This document shows, piece by piece, positions 50,483 through 60,444 of a stretch of DNA of 64,000 nt. Numbering within the stretch: the stretch's first letter is position 1; each line of letters starts with the position of its first letter. The DNA lies in NCBI GenBank assembly GCA_958428545.1, contig CAUAGM010000001.1, positions 158,428 to 222,427 on the forward strand, read 5' to 3'. Below the pieces are notes generated by a model, which worked only from the letters and a program-made list of their open reading frames with translations, made no database searches and was not told the origin of the DNA. A program made the translations under genes and the position numbers. The stretch comes from an uncultured Arcanobacterium sp. Its GTDB lineage: Bacteria; Actinomycetota; Actinomycetes; Actinomycetales; Actinomycetaceae.

Positions 50483-51718
50483 ATGATTATCCGCATGAAT
50501 CTTGGAGTGCATAGTTACGATATTGTTGTGCGGCGTGCCATTCTTGAGCAGGCGTATCGGCATATAGATCTCAATCGGCGCGTATTGATTGTGACGGATG
50601 AGGGGGTGCCTGCATCGTATACGCACACCCTCGCTCGCCAGTGCAGAGAAAACGTGATTCATGCTGTTGCGGTAGGCGAGAAATCTAAGAGCCTTGAGAT
50701 TTTCGGAGAGCTTCTTCGCACGATGCTCGATCACGATTTTTCCCGAAAAGATTGCGTGGTTGCTCTTGGCGGTGGAGTAGTAGGCGATCTTGCAGGGTTT
50801 GCTGCCTCGGCGTATATGCGCGGAATTGATTTTTATAATATCCCCACCACTCTTCTTTCTCAGATTGATTCTTCGATTGGCGGTAAAACTGGGATTAATT
50901 TTGGCGGAGTGAAAAACTCGGTAGGTGCTTTTTATCAGCCGAAGAAAGTGCTTATTGATCCTGAGCTTTTGTGCACTCTCCCGCCGCGGCATATTTCAAA
51001 TGGGCTTGCCGAAGCAATCAAAATGGCGCTCACATCGGATAGAGATCTTTTTGAACTTTTTGAGCGCAAAGATTACGGGATTGGTAATTATGAAATTCTT
51101 ATAGATGAGATTATTGAGCGTTCTCTTATTATTAAAAAGAGTGTGGTTGAGCAAGATGAAAAAGAATCTGGTATGCGCAAAATACTGAATTTCGGGCATA
51201 CTATCGGGCACGGCATTGAAGCGAGTATCGGCATTGGCGCTGGCAGTGAAGCTCGTGACGGTGAGAGCGATAGTTGCGGCGAAGGCGTCGGAAGCACAGT
51301 ATTCGCTAGTGAAGGCGTTAGTAGTGAAGGCCTTAGCAAGAAAGGTGGCAGCGCAGGAGTAGATGCTGGGCATGAAATCACAAGCTGGGAAGAGGCTTGG
51401 CAAACGATGAAGCTTTATCATGGCGAATGCGTGGCTCTAGGTCTGATTCCGATGTGTGATGAAGAGATTCGCTCTCGCGTGATTGATGTTCTCAAAAAAT
51501 ACAACCTCTATCGAAATCTTGATTACGATTGGTGTGCAATTGAGCAAGCGGCATTTCACGATAAAAAAGCAGATGGAGGATCCGTCACGGTCACGCTTGT
51601 GCATGAGCCAGGTAGCTGTGAAATGGTGACGATGGAATGCGGCGCCGTCATTGAACGAGCAAAAGCTTGCCTAGGAAAAGGCAAAAATCTCTCATCGCTG
51701 CCCCCGAGAAGCGAATAA
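50483..51718 (+). CDS. aroB: 3-dehydroquinate synthase (with internal Gly/Ser/Glu-rich insertion of about 50 aa)
   Basis: GGGVVGDLAGFAA, TTLLSQIDSSIGGKTGINF, GHTIGHGIEA motifs. The insert GAGSEARDGESDSCGEGVGS...GVDAG lies between conserved blocks. Confidence 0.88.
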   Translation: MIIRMNLGVHSYDIVVRRAILEQAYRHIDLNRRVLIVTDEGVPASYTHTLARQCRENVIHAVAVGEKSKSLEIFGELLRTMLDHDFSRKDCVVALGGGVVGDLAGFAASAYMRGIDFYNIPTTLLSQIDSSIGGKTGINFGGVKNSVGAFYQPKKVLIDPELLCTLPPRHISNGLAEAIKMALTSDRDLFELFERKDYGIGNYEILIDEIIERSLIIKKSVVEQDEKESGMRKILNFGHTIGHGIEASIGIGAGSEARDGESDSCGEGVGSTVFASEGVSSEGLSKKGGSAGVDAGHEITSWEEAWQTMKLYHGECVALGLIPMCDEEIRSRVIDVLKKYNLYRNLDYDWCAIEQAAFHDKKADGGSVTVTLVHEPGSCEMVTMECGAVIERAKACLGKGKNLSSLPPRSE

Positions 51719-51740
51719 AGGAAAATAGGGGAGAATACTA

Positions 51741-53051
51741 ATGAAAAATACTTTTGGATCCAGCGTGGCTCTCACCCTTTTTGGGGAAAGCCACGGGCAA
51801 TATATTGGAGCCACTCTCGATGGTTTAGCGCCGGGAATTACAATCGATCATGAGTATATCTCGCATATGCTCACTTTGCGCCGCCCTTCTGGCAGAATTT
51901 CTACTCAGCGCCGAGAGAATGATCAGTATCGCATTATCAGCGGTGTAAGGGAGATAAGCGAAGAGAAATTTTTTGCCCGCTTGGAAAGCGGCAATGCGGA
52001 TATATGTGCAGGCAATGATGGAGAAAAACAATGCGGGAGCGAAAAAGGCAGTGTGCGCGCACAAAACAGTGTGCAGATCACGACGGGTGCGCCCCTAACT
52101 ATTCTTATCCCTAATGAGAACGTGCGAAGCTCGGATTACAGCGCAATCAGCACGATTGCTCGCCCGTCTCATGCTGATTACGCGGCAGAGTGTAAATATC
52201 ACGGTTTCCAGGATTCACGCGGCGGCGGGCATTTCAGCGGGCGGCTTACAGCTGCTCTCGTGGCTGCAGGTGCTGTGTGTAAATCTGCGTTGGAGAAAAA
52301 AGGAATTTTGATCGGCACGCACGTAAAAAAATGTGCAGGAATCTCAGATAGAGAATTTGGCACTACTGTGAGCGGTATTGTGCGAGATATTAAGAGCCTT
52401 AATGCCAAGGTGTTTGCAACTCTCAGTGAAACGAGCCAGGAGCACATGCGTGAGGCGATTCTTGAGGCCGCCACGCAGGGCGATAGCGTGGGAGGTGTGC
52501 TCGAAACTGCTGTGATTGGAATGCCGCACGGAGTGGGGGAACCTTGGTTTGACGCCGTAGAGAGCCTGCTTGCTCATATGCTTTTTTCGATTCCTGCCGT
52601 CAAAGGCGTTGAGTTTGGTGCGGGATTTGCTCTTGCAGATATGAGAGGGAGCGTTGCTAACGATCCTTTTGCAATAAGCGGCGGAAAAGTTGTGTGTGCC
52701 AGCAACAATAACGGCGGAATTAACGGCGGAATTACGAACGGTATGCCTATTATTTTCCGAACCGTGGTTAAACCTACTCCAACGATTTATAAGCTGCAAG
52801 AAACAGTTGATTTTTCAGCAATGAAGGAAACTGTGTTACAAGCAAAAGGGCGGCACGATCCTGCGATTGTGCATAGGGCGCGCGTGGTACAAGACGCCGC
52901 TTCAGCGATTGTGTTTGCAGATGCACTCGCCATGCGTTTCGGCACGGATTGGCTCGCCTCTGTGCGTCTGGCGGAGCGTGCAGACGCGGATTGCTGTGCT
53001 CGCTTCAATAGTGAACGCGATCTGCAGATGCTGGAGAAGGCAGAAAAATGA
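51741..53051 (+). CDS. aroC: chorismate synthase (with insertion of about 44 aa after the SGV block)
   Basis: FGESHG, RRPS/GR, SDYSAI, RPSHADY, RGGGHFSGR and VKPTPTI motifs. Confidence 0.88.
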   Translation: MKNTFGSSVALTLFGESHGQYIGATLDGLAPGITIDHEYISHMLTLRRPSGRISTQRRENDQYRIISGVREISEEKFFARLESGNADICAGNDGEKQCGSEKGSVRAQNSVQITTGAPLTILIPNENVRSSDYSAISTIARPSHADYAAECKYHGFQDSRGGGHFSGRLTAALVAAGAVCKSALEKKGILIGTHVKKCAGISDREFGTTVSGIVRDIKSLNAKVFATLSETSQEHMREAILEAATQGDSVGGVLETAVIGMPHGVGEPWFDAVESLLAHMLFSIPAVKGVEFGAGFALADMRGSVANDPFAISGGKVVCASNNNGGINGGITNGMPIIFRTVVKPTPTIYKLQETVDFSAMKETVLQAKGRHDPAIVHRARVVQDAASAIVFADALAMRFGTDWLASVRLAERADADCCARFNSERDLQMLEKAEK

Positions 53052-54355
53052 AAAAAGCTTTTTATGTAAAGAAAGTATCTGAGAAAAGATATGGCTGCAT
53101 CGGTAAGAAGCTCGCACATAGTTTCTCGAAAGAGATTCATGCTCAGCTCGCAGATTATGATTACGAATTGATCGAGCTGGCTGAAGAGGAGCTTGCGCCG
53201 TTTTTAGAAGAAAAAAACTTTGCCGCAATCAACGTCACTATTCCCTATAAAGAAGCAGTGATCCCGTATCTTGATTCGTTGAGCGACGTAGCGGCACGGA
53301 TTGGCGCTGTGAATATCGTGGTGAATAGAGAGGGCAAGCTCTTTGGCGACAACAGCGATTATGCGGGGCTGAAAGCACTTATCGATCGGGTGGGGGTTTC
53401 CCTCGTACAGAAAAAAGTGCTTGTGCTTGGCACTGGAGGAGCCAGCAAGACGGCCTGCATCGTCGCCGAAGATTTAGGAGCTGTTGAAATCCTGAGGGTG
53501 AGCAGAAGGAAAAAACTTGGAAGCGTCACCTATGAAGAAGCTTTGGCAGAGCATACAGATGCGCACGTTATTATCAACACCACTCCAGTGGGAATGTTTC
53601 CCGATTGCGATGCGCAGCCTTTGGATATCGAATCATTTTCACAGCTCGAAGGCGTGATTGATGCTATCTATAACCCGCTGCGGACTAATCTTGTGCTGAG
53701 TGCGCGTGAGCGAGGCATTTTGGCTGAGGGGGGATTGTATATGCTGGTGGCGCAGGCTGTTGCTGCAGTTGAAGCATTTCTCGGAACGCCGATTCCGCAC
53801 GAAACTACTGAGCGCATTTACGCTCGCATACTTTCCTCGAAAGAAAACATTGTGCTGACGGGTATGCCTGGGAGTGGCAAGAGCACAGTAGGCGCCTGCT
53901 TGGCTAGCGATATGGTGTGCAGGGCAGAAGTGCTGAGTGGTTATGAATTTTTCGATACCGATAGTGAGATTGAAAAGCTCTGCGACGTTTCCATCAAAGA
54001 ACTCATCGAGACGCGCGGAGAAGAGTATTTCCGTAATCTGGAAACGAAGGTGATTGCCGAAGTATCTTCGCAGCACAGCCGAATTATCTCAACAGGCGGC
54101 GGCGCTGTGCTTCGCGAGGAAAACGTGCGGGCGCTTAAGAGAAATGGCAGGCTGTTTTTTCTCGATGCTGATATTCGACGCTTACAAGCCACACAGAGCA
54201 GACCGTTGGCAAATACATACGAAAAGCTGAAAAAGCTTTATGAGCAGCGATTGGAAACGTACAAAACAACTGCCGATGCTGTGGTGCCCGATATGGAAAC
54301 GCCTCAGGCTTTGGCAGACGCTGTGATAGAGAAGCGAAAGGAGCCTATCGCATGA
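53048..54355 (+). CDS. aroE: bifunctional shikimate dehydrogenase (N-terminal) / shikimate kinase (C-terminal) fusion
   Basis: N-terminal AroE motifs (YGCIGKKLAHSFSKEIH, NVTIPYKE, NTTPVGM). C-terminal AroK P-loop GMPGSGKSTVG and LID region. ATGA overlap with aroC. Confidence 0.8.
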   Translation: MKKAFYVKKVSEKRYGCIGKKLAHSFSKEIHAQLADYDYELIELAEEELAPFLEEKNFAAINVTIPYKEAVIPYLDSLSDVAARIGAVNIVVNREGKLFGDNSDYAGLKALIDRVGVSLVQKKVLVLGTGGASKTACIVAEDLGAVEILRVSRRKKLGSVTYEEALAEHTDAHVIINTTPVGMFPDCDAQPLDIESFSQLEGVIDAIYNPLRTNLVLSARERGILAEGGLYMLVAQAVAAVEAFLGTPIPHETTERIYARILSSKENIVLTGMPGSGKSTVGACLASDMVCRAEVLSGYEFFDTDSEIEKLCDVSIKELIETRGEEYFRNLETKVIAEVSSQHSRIISTGGGAVLREENVRALKRNGRLFFLDADIRRLQATQSRPLANTYEKLKKLYEQRLETYKTTADAVVPDMETPQALADAVIEKRKEPIA

Positions 54356-54993
54356 GGATTCTCGTCATCAATGGCCCTAATCTCAATATGCTTGGTATTC
54401 GAGAGCCAGAGCATTACGGGAAAGAAACATACGCGGATCTGGAAGAGAAAATCAGCACCTACTGTCAGAGCCGAAATATTGCCGTCACGCTCTATCAATC
54501 CAATTATGAGGGGGCGCTCGTTGATGAGATTCAGAAGGCATACGGAGAAGCTGATGGGATTGTGATTAACCCTGGAGCTTATACCCATACAAGTATTGCC
54601 ATATTAGATGCGCTCACGGCGGTAGGGATTCCTGCAGTTGAAGTGCATATTTCAAAGCTGGAAGAGCGGGAAGATTTTCGGCAGGTGAGCTATATTCGCC
54701 GTGCTTGTACGGCTACTATCACTGGGCGCGGCACAGATGGATATCTTGAGGCTATCGACTTTTTACTTCGCTTCCTCAAGGGAGAGCACACTCAGGATCA
54801 TGGAGAAAATGTTGCGGCGTGTGACGACGCTCGTGACGGCAATGATGACGGTGACGATAATCGTGTGAGTGTTTGCGGCGAAAACGTCAGCGAGACCTGC
54901 GGTGAAAACGTCGGCGAGATCTGCGGCGAAGATAACGCCTACAGTGAGGCTTGCGAGAATATCGTTGCTAGGAATTGCGAGGAATTGCAGTGA
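54352..54993 (+). CDS. aroQ: type II 3-dehydroquinate dehydratase with about 60-aa acidic Cys-rich repetitive C-terminal tail
   Basis: MRILVINGPNLNMLGIREPEHYG...HISK matches type II DHQase. The tail has CGENVSETCGENVGEICGEDN repeats. Confidence 0.85.
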   Translation: MRILVINGPNLNMLGIREPEHYGKETYADLEEKISTYCQSRNIAVTLYQSNYEGALVDEIQKAYGEADGIVINPGAYTHTSIAILDALTAVGIPAVEVHISKLEEREDFRQVSYIRRACTATITGRGTDGYLEAIDFLLRFLKGEHTQDHGENVAACDDARDGNDDGDDNRVSVCGENVSETCGENVGEICGEDNAYSEACENIVARNCEELQ

Positions 54994-55002
54994 GGTGGAA
55001 TC

Positions 55003-56235
55003 GTGATTATTGAAGTAGAGCCGTGCGTGCTGGCTGGGAGGATAGCTGCTCCTCCTTCAAAAAGTATGGCTCACAGATACCTGATCGCCGCAGCACTTTC
55101 TGGGCACGAATGCACTCTTTCAGGCGTTGACGGCTGCGAAGATATTTTGGCAACGATTGATTGCCTGCAGGCTTTAGGAGCACAGATTGAGCTGCGAGGT
55201 GGAAGCGAAGAATCAGGCGAACGCGCCGCAACCGCCCATATTGCTCCAGGTCGGTTTATGCGAGCAGGCAGTCGCATTCTAGAGTGCCGAGAAAGCGGCA
55301 GCACGCTTCGTTTCTTTATTCCACTTGCGCTATGCTTGGGTGAGCCAGTCACTTTGCGCGGAAGCGCTCGGCTCTTTGAGCGTCCGCTTGGCGTCTATGA
55401 AGATCTCTGCCGTGCTCACGGTTTCACGTTTCATAAAGAGGCTGATTCGGTGACGGTGTGCGGAAGCTTGCAGGGCGGCGCGTACGAGCTGGAAGGCGGC
55501 GTGAGCAGTCAGTTCATCACAGGGCTTATATGTGCGCTCGTATATCGCGGCGGCGATTCACTTCTTCATATTCTTCCGCCTTTTGAAAGTAGATCATATG
55601 TGGATCTGACGATTCGTGCGTTGCGAGCTTTCGGCGTACATATAGAGTTTACTGATACCTATACCATCGGCATGTGCTCTTCAAAAATGAGAGGATACAA
55701 CGGAAAAATCGAGGGCGACTACTCAAATGCGGCGTTTCTTGATGCCTTCAACGAACTTGGCTCCAGCATCACAGTGATGAATCTGGATCCGAGCAGTGCT
55801 CAAGGCGATAGGGTGTATCGAAAGTATTTCTCGCTCATATCATCTGGCACACCTACGCTGGATATTTCCGATTGCCCAGACCTCGGACCAATTCTTTTTG
55901 CGCTTGCTGCCATGAAAAACGGCGCAGTTTTTACGGGCACAGATCGCTTAAAAGCAAAAGAAAGCGACCGTGGGCGTGCGATGGATAGTGAGTTGCGAAA
56001 ACTTGGAGGCGGGCTTATCTTCGGTGAAAACTCCATCACCGTGCCCAAGCAGGAGCTTCGTAGCTCAGAGGCTCTTTTAAGCAGCCATAACGATCATCGT
56101 ATCGCGATGGCGCTCGCGGTGATTCTTTCAAGAATTGGAGGATCGATTGAAGGAGCCGAAGCCGTGAGGAAGAGCTATCCGAGATTTTTTGACGATCTTA
56201 CGATGCTAGGAGCAAAGGTAAAGAAAATATGCTAG
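55003..56235 (+). CDS. aroA: 3-phosphoshikimate 1-carboxyvinyltransferase (EPSP synthase)
   Basis: LAGRIAAPPSKSMAHR, D..GNSGT-like and RxxxR motifs. 410 aa. Confidence 0.88.
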   Translation: MIIEVEPCVLAGRIAAPPSKSMAHRYLIAAALSGHECTLSGVDGCEDILATIDCLQALGAQIELRGGSEESGERAATAHIAPGRFMRAGSRILECRESGSTLRFFIPLALCLGEPVTLRGSARLFERPLGVYEDLCRAHGFTFHKEADSVTVCGSLQGGAYELEGGVSSQFITGLICALVYRGGDSLLHILPPFESRSYVDLTIRALRAFGVHIEFTDTYTIGMCSSKMRGYNGKIEGDYSNAAFLDAFNELGSSITVMNLDPSSAQGDRVYRKYFSLISSGTPTLDISDCPDLGPILFALAAMKNGAVFTGTDRLKAKESDRGRAMDSELRKLGGGLIFGENSITVPKQELRSSEALLSSHNDHRIAMALAVILSRIGGSIEGAEAVRKSYPRFFDDLTMLGAKVKKIC

Positions 56236-57086
56236 TTCAGGTAGATAAGAAAATTTTGATTGTTGGCCTCGGGCTTCTCGGCGGAAGCTATGCTCGGGCG
56301 CTCAAGCGGCTCGGTTTCCATATCAGCGCTATCACAAAAGAAGAATCATCTATCGATTATGCGCTGCGCGAGGGGATTATCAACGAAGGATCTGCGAAGC
56401 TTGATCCAGGTATTATTGGCTCGGCAGATCTCGTGATTTTTGCTCTCTATCCGCACGTTTTTGTGCAGTGGATTGAGGATAATCAGGAGTTGCTGAAAAG
56501 CGGCGCGCTCCTCACAGACGTAACGGGCGTTAAAGGAAGTATCGTTTATAAGATTCAAGATATGCTTCGCGATGACGTCGAGTTCATTGCGGCGCACCCG
56601 ATGGCTGGGCGTGAGCTTTCCGGCGTGGAAAACAGTACGGATACGATTTTTGCTGGAGCGAACTATATCGTCACTCCAACTGCAAAGAATACGCAAGATG
56701 CGATAGAAACCTGCATGGAGCTTGGCAAACTGCTCGGCTTTTCTCGTGTGGCAACTCTTTCTCCTGAAGAGCATGACGAGATGATTGGTTTTCTTTCTCA
56801 GCTTACGCATTGTATTGCTATTTCTTTGATGACGTGCAACAGCAAAGAGCATATGCAAGCCTTTACTGGCGATTCTTTCCGAGATCTCACGCGCATTGCG
56901 AGAATCAATGATGAGATGTGGAGTGAGCTTTTTATTGAGAATAAGACGGCTCTTTTGGAGCAGATGGATCTTTTTCTTTCTACGTTCACCGATCTTAGAA
57001 CGATGATAGAAACTGAAGATGTGGCTGCGATGAGGGCGCTTATGCGCTATTCCACCGAGCGCCGAGCGCTCTTCGATAAGAATTAG
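56229..57086 (+). CDS. tyrA: prephenate (or arogenate) dehydrogenase
   Basis: Rossmann motif ILIVGLGLLGGS and TyrA catalytic domain. Overlaps the aroA stop. Confidence 0.8.
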   Translation: MLVQVDKKILIVGLGLLGGSYARALKRLGFHISAITKEESSIDYALREGIINEGSAKLDPGIIGSADLVIFALYPHVFVQWIEDNQELLKSGALLTDVTGVKGSIVYKIQDMLRDDVEFIAAHPMAGRELSGVENSTDTIFAGANYIVTPTAKNTQDAIETCMELGKLLGFSRVATLSPEEHDEMIGFLSQLTHCIAISLMTCNSKEHMQAFTGDSFRDLTRIARINDEMWSELFIENKTALLEQMDLFLSTFTDLRTMIETEDVAAMRALMRYSTERRALFDKN

Positions 57087-57202
57087 CAGTTCAAAAGGCG
57101 GGGTACCTTTGGAATTTTTCCTCATTGGAATTCTTTCCTCAGATAGCCCCGCTCTTTCTTTGTATGCTAGTTCACTTTATTGCAATGGATAGCTCAGTTT
57201 TA

Positions 57203-58645
57203 CTACGCTTCTTGCTCCGCTTTTTGCCCAGTGTGCTCTTGTGCTGGGATCTGCCGTTTTGGAAGATCTCGAGCCGCACGTTTCACTGCTTCTTGCACAG
57301 CCTGCGTCACTCTCTGATCAAATACGCCAGGGATAATATAATGTGCGCTCAGTTCTTCATCGGAAATTACAGAAGCAATCGCCTGCGCTGCCACCTGTAA
57401 AAGCTCTGTGGTGATCGTCTTTACTTGTGAATCGAGCACACCTCTGAAGAGGCTCGGGAAAACGAGCACATTATTGATCTGGTTCGGAAAATCGGAGCGT
57501 CCAGTAGCGATGATTGCGGCATGCTGAGAAGCTTCAATGGGATCGACTTCTGGAGTTGGGTTTGCCAGAGCGAAAACGATGGCATTATCGGCCATTGTGG
57601 CGATATCGTCTCCTCCCAGAATTCCGCCTTGTGAAACGCCGATGAATACGTCTGCTCCAGCTAGACCAGAGCGCAAATCTCCATGCACGAGGCGCGGATT
57701 AGTGATCTGTGCAAGCTCCTTGCGGGCAGAATTCATGTTTTCGGTTTGGTCGGCTGCAAGAGCGCCGTTTCTGCCGTATCCCACTATGTCTCGCGCGCCC
57801 TGAGCGAGAAGAAGTTTGATAATTGCAGTTCCTGCAGCTCCTACTCCTGAAACTACGATGCGTACATCTTCGATTTTTTTGTTCACGAGTTTTAAGGCGT
57901 TAATAAGAGCTGCGAGCACCACTACTGCTGTTCCGTGTTGATCGTCATGAAACACAGGAATATCGAGTTCATCTCGCAGGCGCTGCTCGATTTCAAAGCA
58001 TCGAGGGGCAGAAATATCTTCTAGGTTGATTCCGCCAAACCCTGGAGCAATTAGTTTAACTGTGCGAATAATTTCTTCAGTATCTTTTGTGTCTAGCACG
58101 ATTGGCCAAGCATTCACTCCGCCAAACTGTTTAAACAGCACAGCTTTTCCTTCCATAACGGGAAGAGCAGCTTCAGGGCCGATATCTCCAAGCCCCAGCA
58201 CGGCAGTTCCGTCGGTGACGATTGCAACGGTGTTGGCGCGAATGGTGAGGCTGAAGGATTTCTCTGGGTTGTCGTGAATAGACGTGCATACGCGCGCTAC
58301 TCCAGGCGTATAAACGCGCGAAAGATCGGCTCGATTCTTGATTGGAGCTTTTGGTGTGACTTCTATTTTTCCGCCGATATGTTCAAGGAAAGTTGTGTCT
58401 AGGATTGCTTGCACAGTGACGCCGGGGGTGGCTTCAAGGAGGTGGGCAATTTCGCGTCGATGGTTGGAATCGCGGGTGAGGCACGTGAGATCGAGGGAAA
58501 TGTCTTCACGATCAGATTCGGCCACATCTAAACCTGTGATGGCAGCGCCTGTGGAAGAAACTTTTTGAATCACGTCTGCCACGTGCACCGATGATTCATC
58601 TATGTTGAGGCGGAATGAAGCAGTATAAGAAGGAAAAACTCGCAT
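57203..58645 (-). CDS. NAD(P)-dependent malic enzyme with N-terminal ACT-like regulatory domain
   Basis: Malic-enzyme motifs (VYTPGVA, FNDDQHGTA-like 'FHDDQHGTAVV', GAGAAG). Extra domain of about 80 aa at the N-terminus. Confidence 0.85.
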   Translation of the reverse strand: MRVFPSYTASFRLNIDESSVHVADVIQKVSSTGAAITGLDVAESDREDISLDLTCLTRDSNHRREIAHLLEATPGVTVQAILDTTFLEHIGGKIEVTPKAPIKNRADLSRVYTPGVARVCTSIHDNPEKSFSLTIRANTVAIVTDGTAVLGLGDIGPEAALPVMEGKAVLFKQFGGVNAWPIVLDTKDTEEIIRTVKLIAPGFGGINLEDISAPRCFEIEQRLRDELDIPVFHDDQHGTAVVVLAALINALKLVNKKIEDVRIVVSGVGAAGTAIIKLLLAQGARDIVGYGRNGALAADQTENMNSARKELAQITNPRLVHGDLRSGLAGADVFIGVSQGGILGGDDIATMADNAIVFALANPTPEVDPIEASQHAAIIATGRSDFPNQINNVLVFPSLFRGVLDSQVKTITTELLQVAAQAIASVISDEELSAHYIIPGVFDQRVTQAVQEAVKRAARDLPKRQIPAQEHTGQKAEQEA

Positions 58646-58862
58646 AGGGATATAGTAATGAATTTTTCTTGTTTTGTGCAGATCGTATTAAAACATAATT
58701 TTATTGGCGCTCCTCTTAGTAGGTGTTGAGATATTGAGTGAAGGGATGTATGAGCGTGTGAGCGAAGGGATGTGTGGGAGCTTGGGTGAAGCGCTTTATG
58801 AGCACTGTATTAAGTGCGCGTGTGGGTGTGCGGCGCCTATAGCTTCAGCGCAGCTGCTTCGT

Positions 58863-60080
58863 TCAATAGATGCGTCGTTCAATAAATTCGTGGCATATCA
58901 GCATGCCTAGCGAGCCGCAAAGAAAAATCGCAGGAAGAGCATAAGTGGAAAAAGATGAGATGAGTGCTCCTGTGATTGCAGGGAAAAGTAGAGAGCCGAT
59001 ATAGGCAAAGCCCATGTGTATGCCGATCACGCGTTTGACGTTGCCTGATCCAAATCTGCGATTTAGCTCTTTCATAATTCCCGGGTAAATAGGAGCACAC
59101 CCTATTCCTGCAATGGCAAAGCCTGCGGCGGTTCCCCATGCACATGGGGCCAGAGCGGCACAGAGCATCCCAGCCATTAAAGTTCCTGTGCCGATACGGA
59201 TAAGTTGAACGCTGCTCAAAGTTCGAGATACGAATCCTGAGGTAAAGCGTCCTAAGGTCATTCCGATGACGAATGCGCCTCCGGTTGCAGCTGCCATAGT
59301 GGCGTCAAGGTTTCGTGCCTGCCGTAGAAATGTGCTTGCCCAAAGTATGGCGCTGTGTTCTGCGCCGCAATAGAGGAAGAATGCGAAGACGGATTGCCAA
59401 AGCAGGGGAATGGAGTACCACGGTGTGTGATTTTCATCGTTTGCTCTATCGTCAGTTGCGCCATCGTCAGCATTAGTGCTGCAATCGTTTTTTGCAGAAA
59501 AGTTTGTATTGCTGCTGGTATAGCAAGGCGAAGTATCGCGTGTGTGCCATAGGCGGCGTGTGTAGACGAGAAGAATTGCAAGAAAGAACTGAATGCACGC
59601 AATAGCGGCGTAAGCTGGGCGCCACGAATGCATTGCGTAGAGGCAGAAAGCAACTATGAATGGGCCACATAGAGCACCTACTCCCCAAAAGGCGTGCAGG
59701 AAATTCATGTGCGCTGCAGAATAATGAGCGCTCACGTATGCGTTGAGGGCGGAATCAATTGCTCCTGCTCCAAGCCCGAGAATGAGCGCGCATAGAGGCA
59801 TAAAGGCGAAGGCAGGGAAGAGGCTGAAGCCTGCGAGTCCTAGCGATGTGAGCATAGTTGAGATTGCGCAGACGGATGATGTTGAGAATCTGTGCAGTAT
59901 CCATGCCGAGCAAAAGGAGGAGATAATGGTTCCGCAGCTTGTTGTGATGGAAAGTATTCCAGCTGCAGCGATATCCACTCCAAGATCTGGAGCCATCTGA
60001 GGCCATGCGGATCCGAGCACGTTATCTGGTAAGCCTAGGGAGATGAAAGCTGCGTAGATGACGGCAAGCAAAGAGGGCAT
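58863..60080 (-). CDS. MFS transporter
   Basis: 12-TM topology with a central acidic loop. Confidence 0.75.
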   Translation of the reverse strand: MPSLLAVIYAAFISLGLPDNVLGSAWPQMAPDLGVDIAAAGILSITTSCGTIISSFCSAWILHRFSTSSVCAISTMLTSLGLAGFSLFPAFAFMPLCALILGLGAGAIDSALNAYVSAHYSAAHMNFLHAFWGVGALCGPFIVAFCLYAMHSWRPAYAAIACIQFFLAILLVYTRRLWHTRDTSPCYTSSNTNFSAKNDCSTNADDGATDDRANDENHTPWYSIPLLWQSVFAFFLYCGAEHSAILWASTFLRQARNLDATMAAATGGAFVIGMTLGRFTSGFVSRTLSSVQLIRIGTGTLMAGMLCAALAPCAWGTAAGFAIAGIGCAPIYPGIMKELNRRFGSGNVKRVIGIHMGFAYIGSLLFPAITGALISSFSTYALPAIFLCGSLGMLICHEFIERRIY

Positions 60081-60444
60081 AAAATTCTTTCTACTACGCG
60101 GTAAATAACGATAGGTATGAGCATAGTACTTACGCTTTTATCTATGAAATATACGTCCGATTACTTGAAAGAGCGATACGCTATCGCAGTGTATGCAATA
60201 CGTTAAAGAATAGGGATACTGGTGTGGCTAAGTGGTTAGATCTATAGGATCTATAAGGATTCCAGCTGAATTGAGTGAGGGTTATAGCCGATTGCACAAC
60301 CAACAGGAAGAACTTGAGCTTTTATATCAACCAAGTACTAAGAGAAGCTATGAAGCACCTTAAACATGAGCATGGAATTCTTCACAAAGTTACTGTAAAA
60401 AGTTAAGGGTTTTCGAGCTGGTAAGTTCGAGAGTGTGACGTTTG

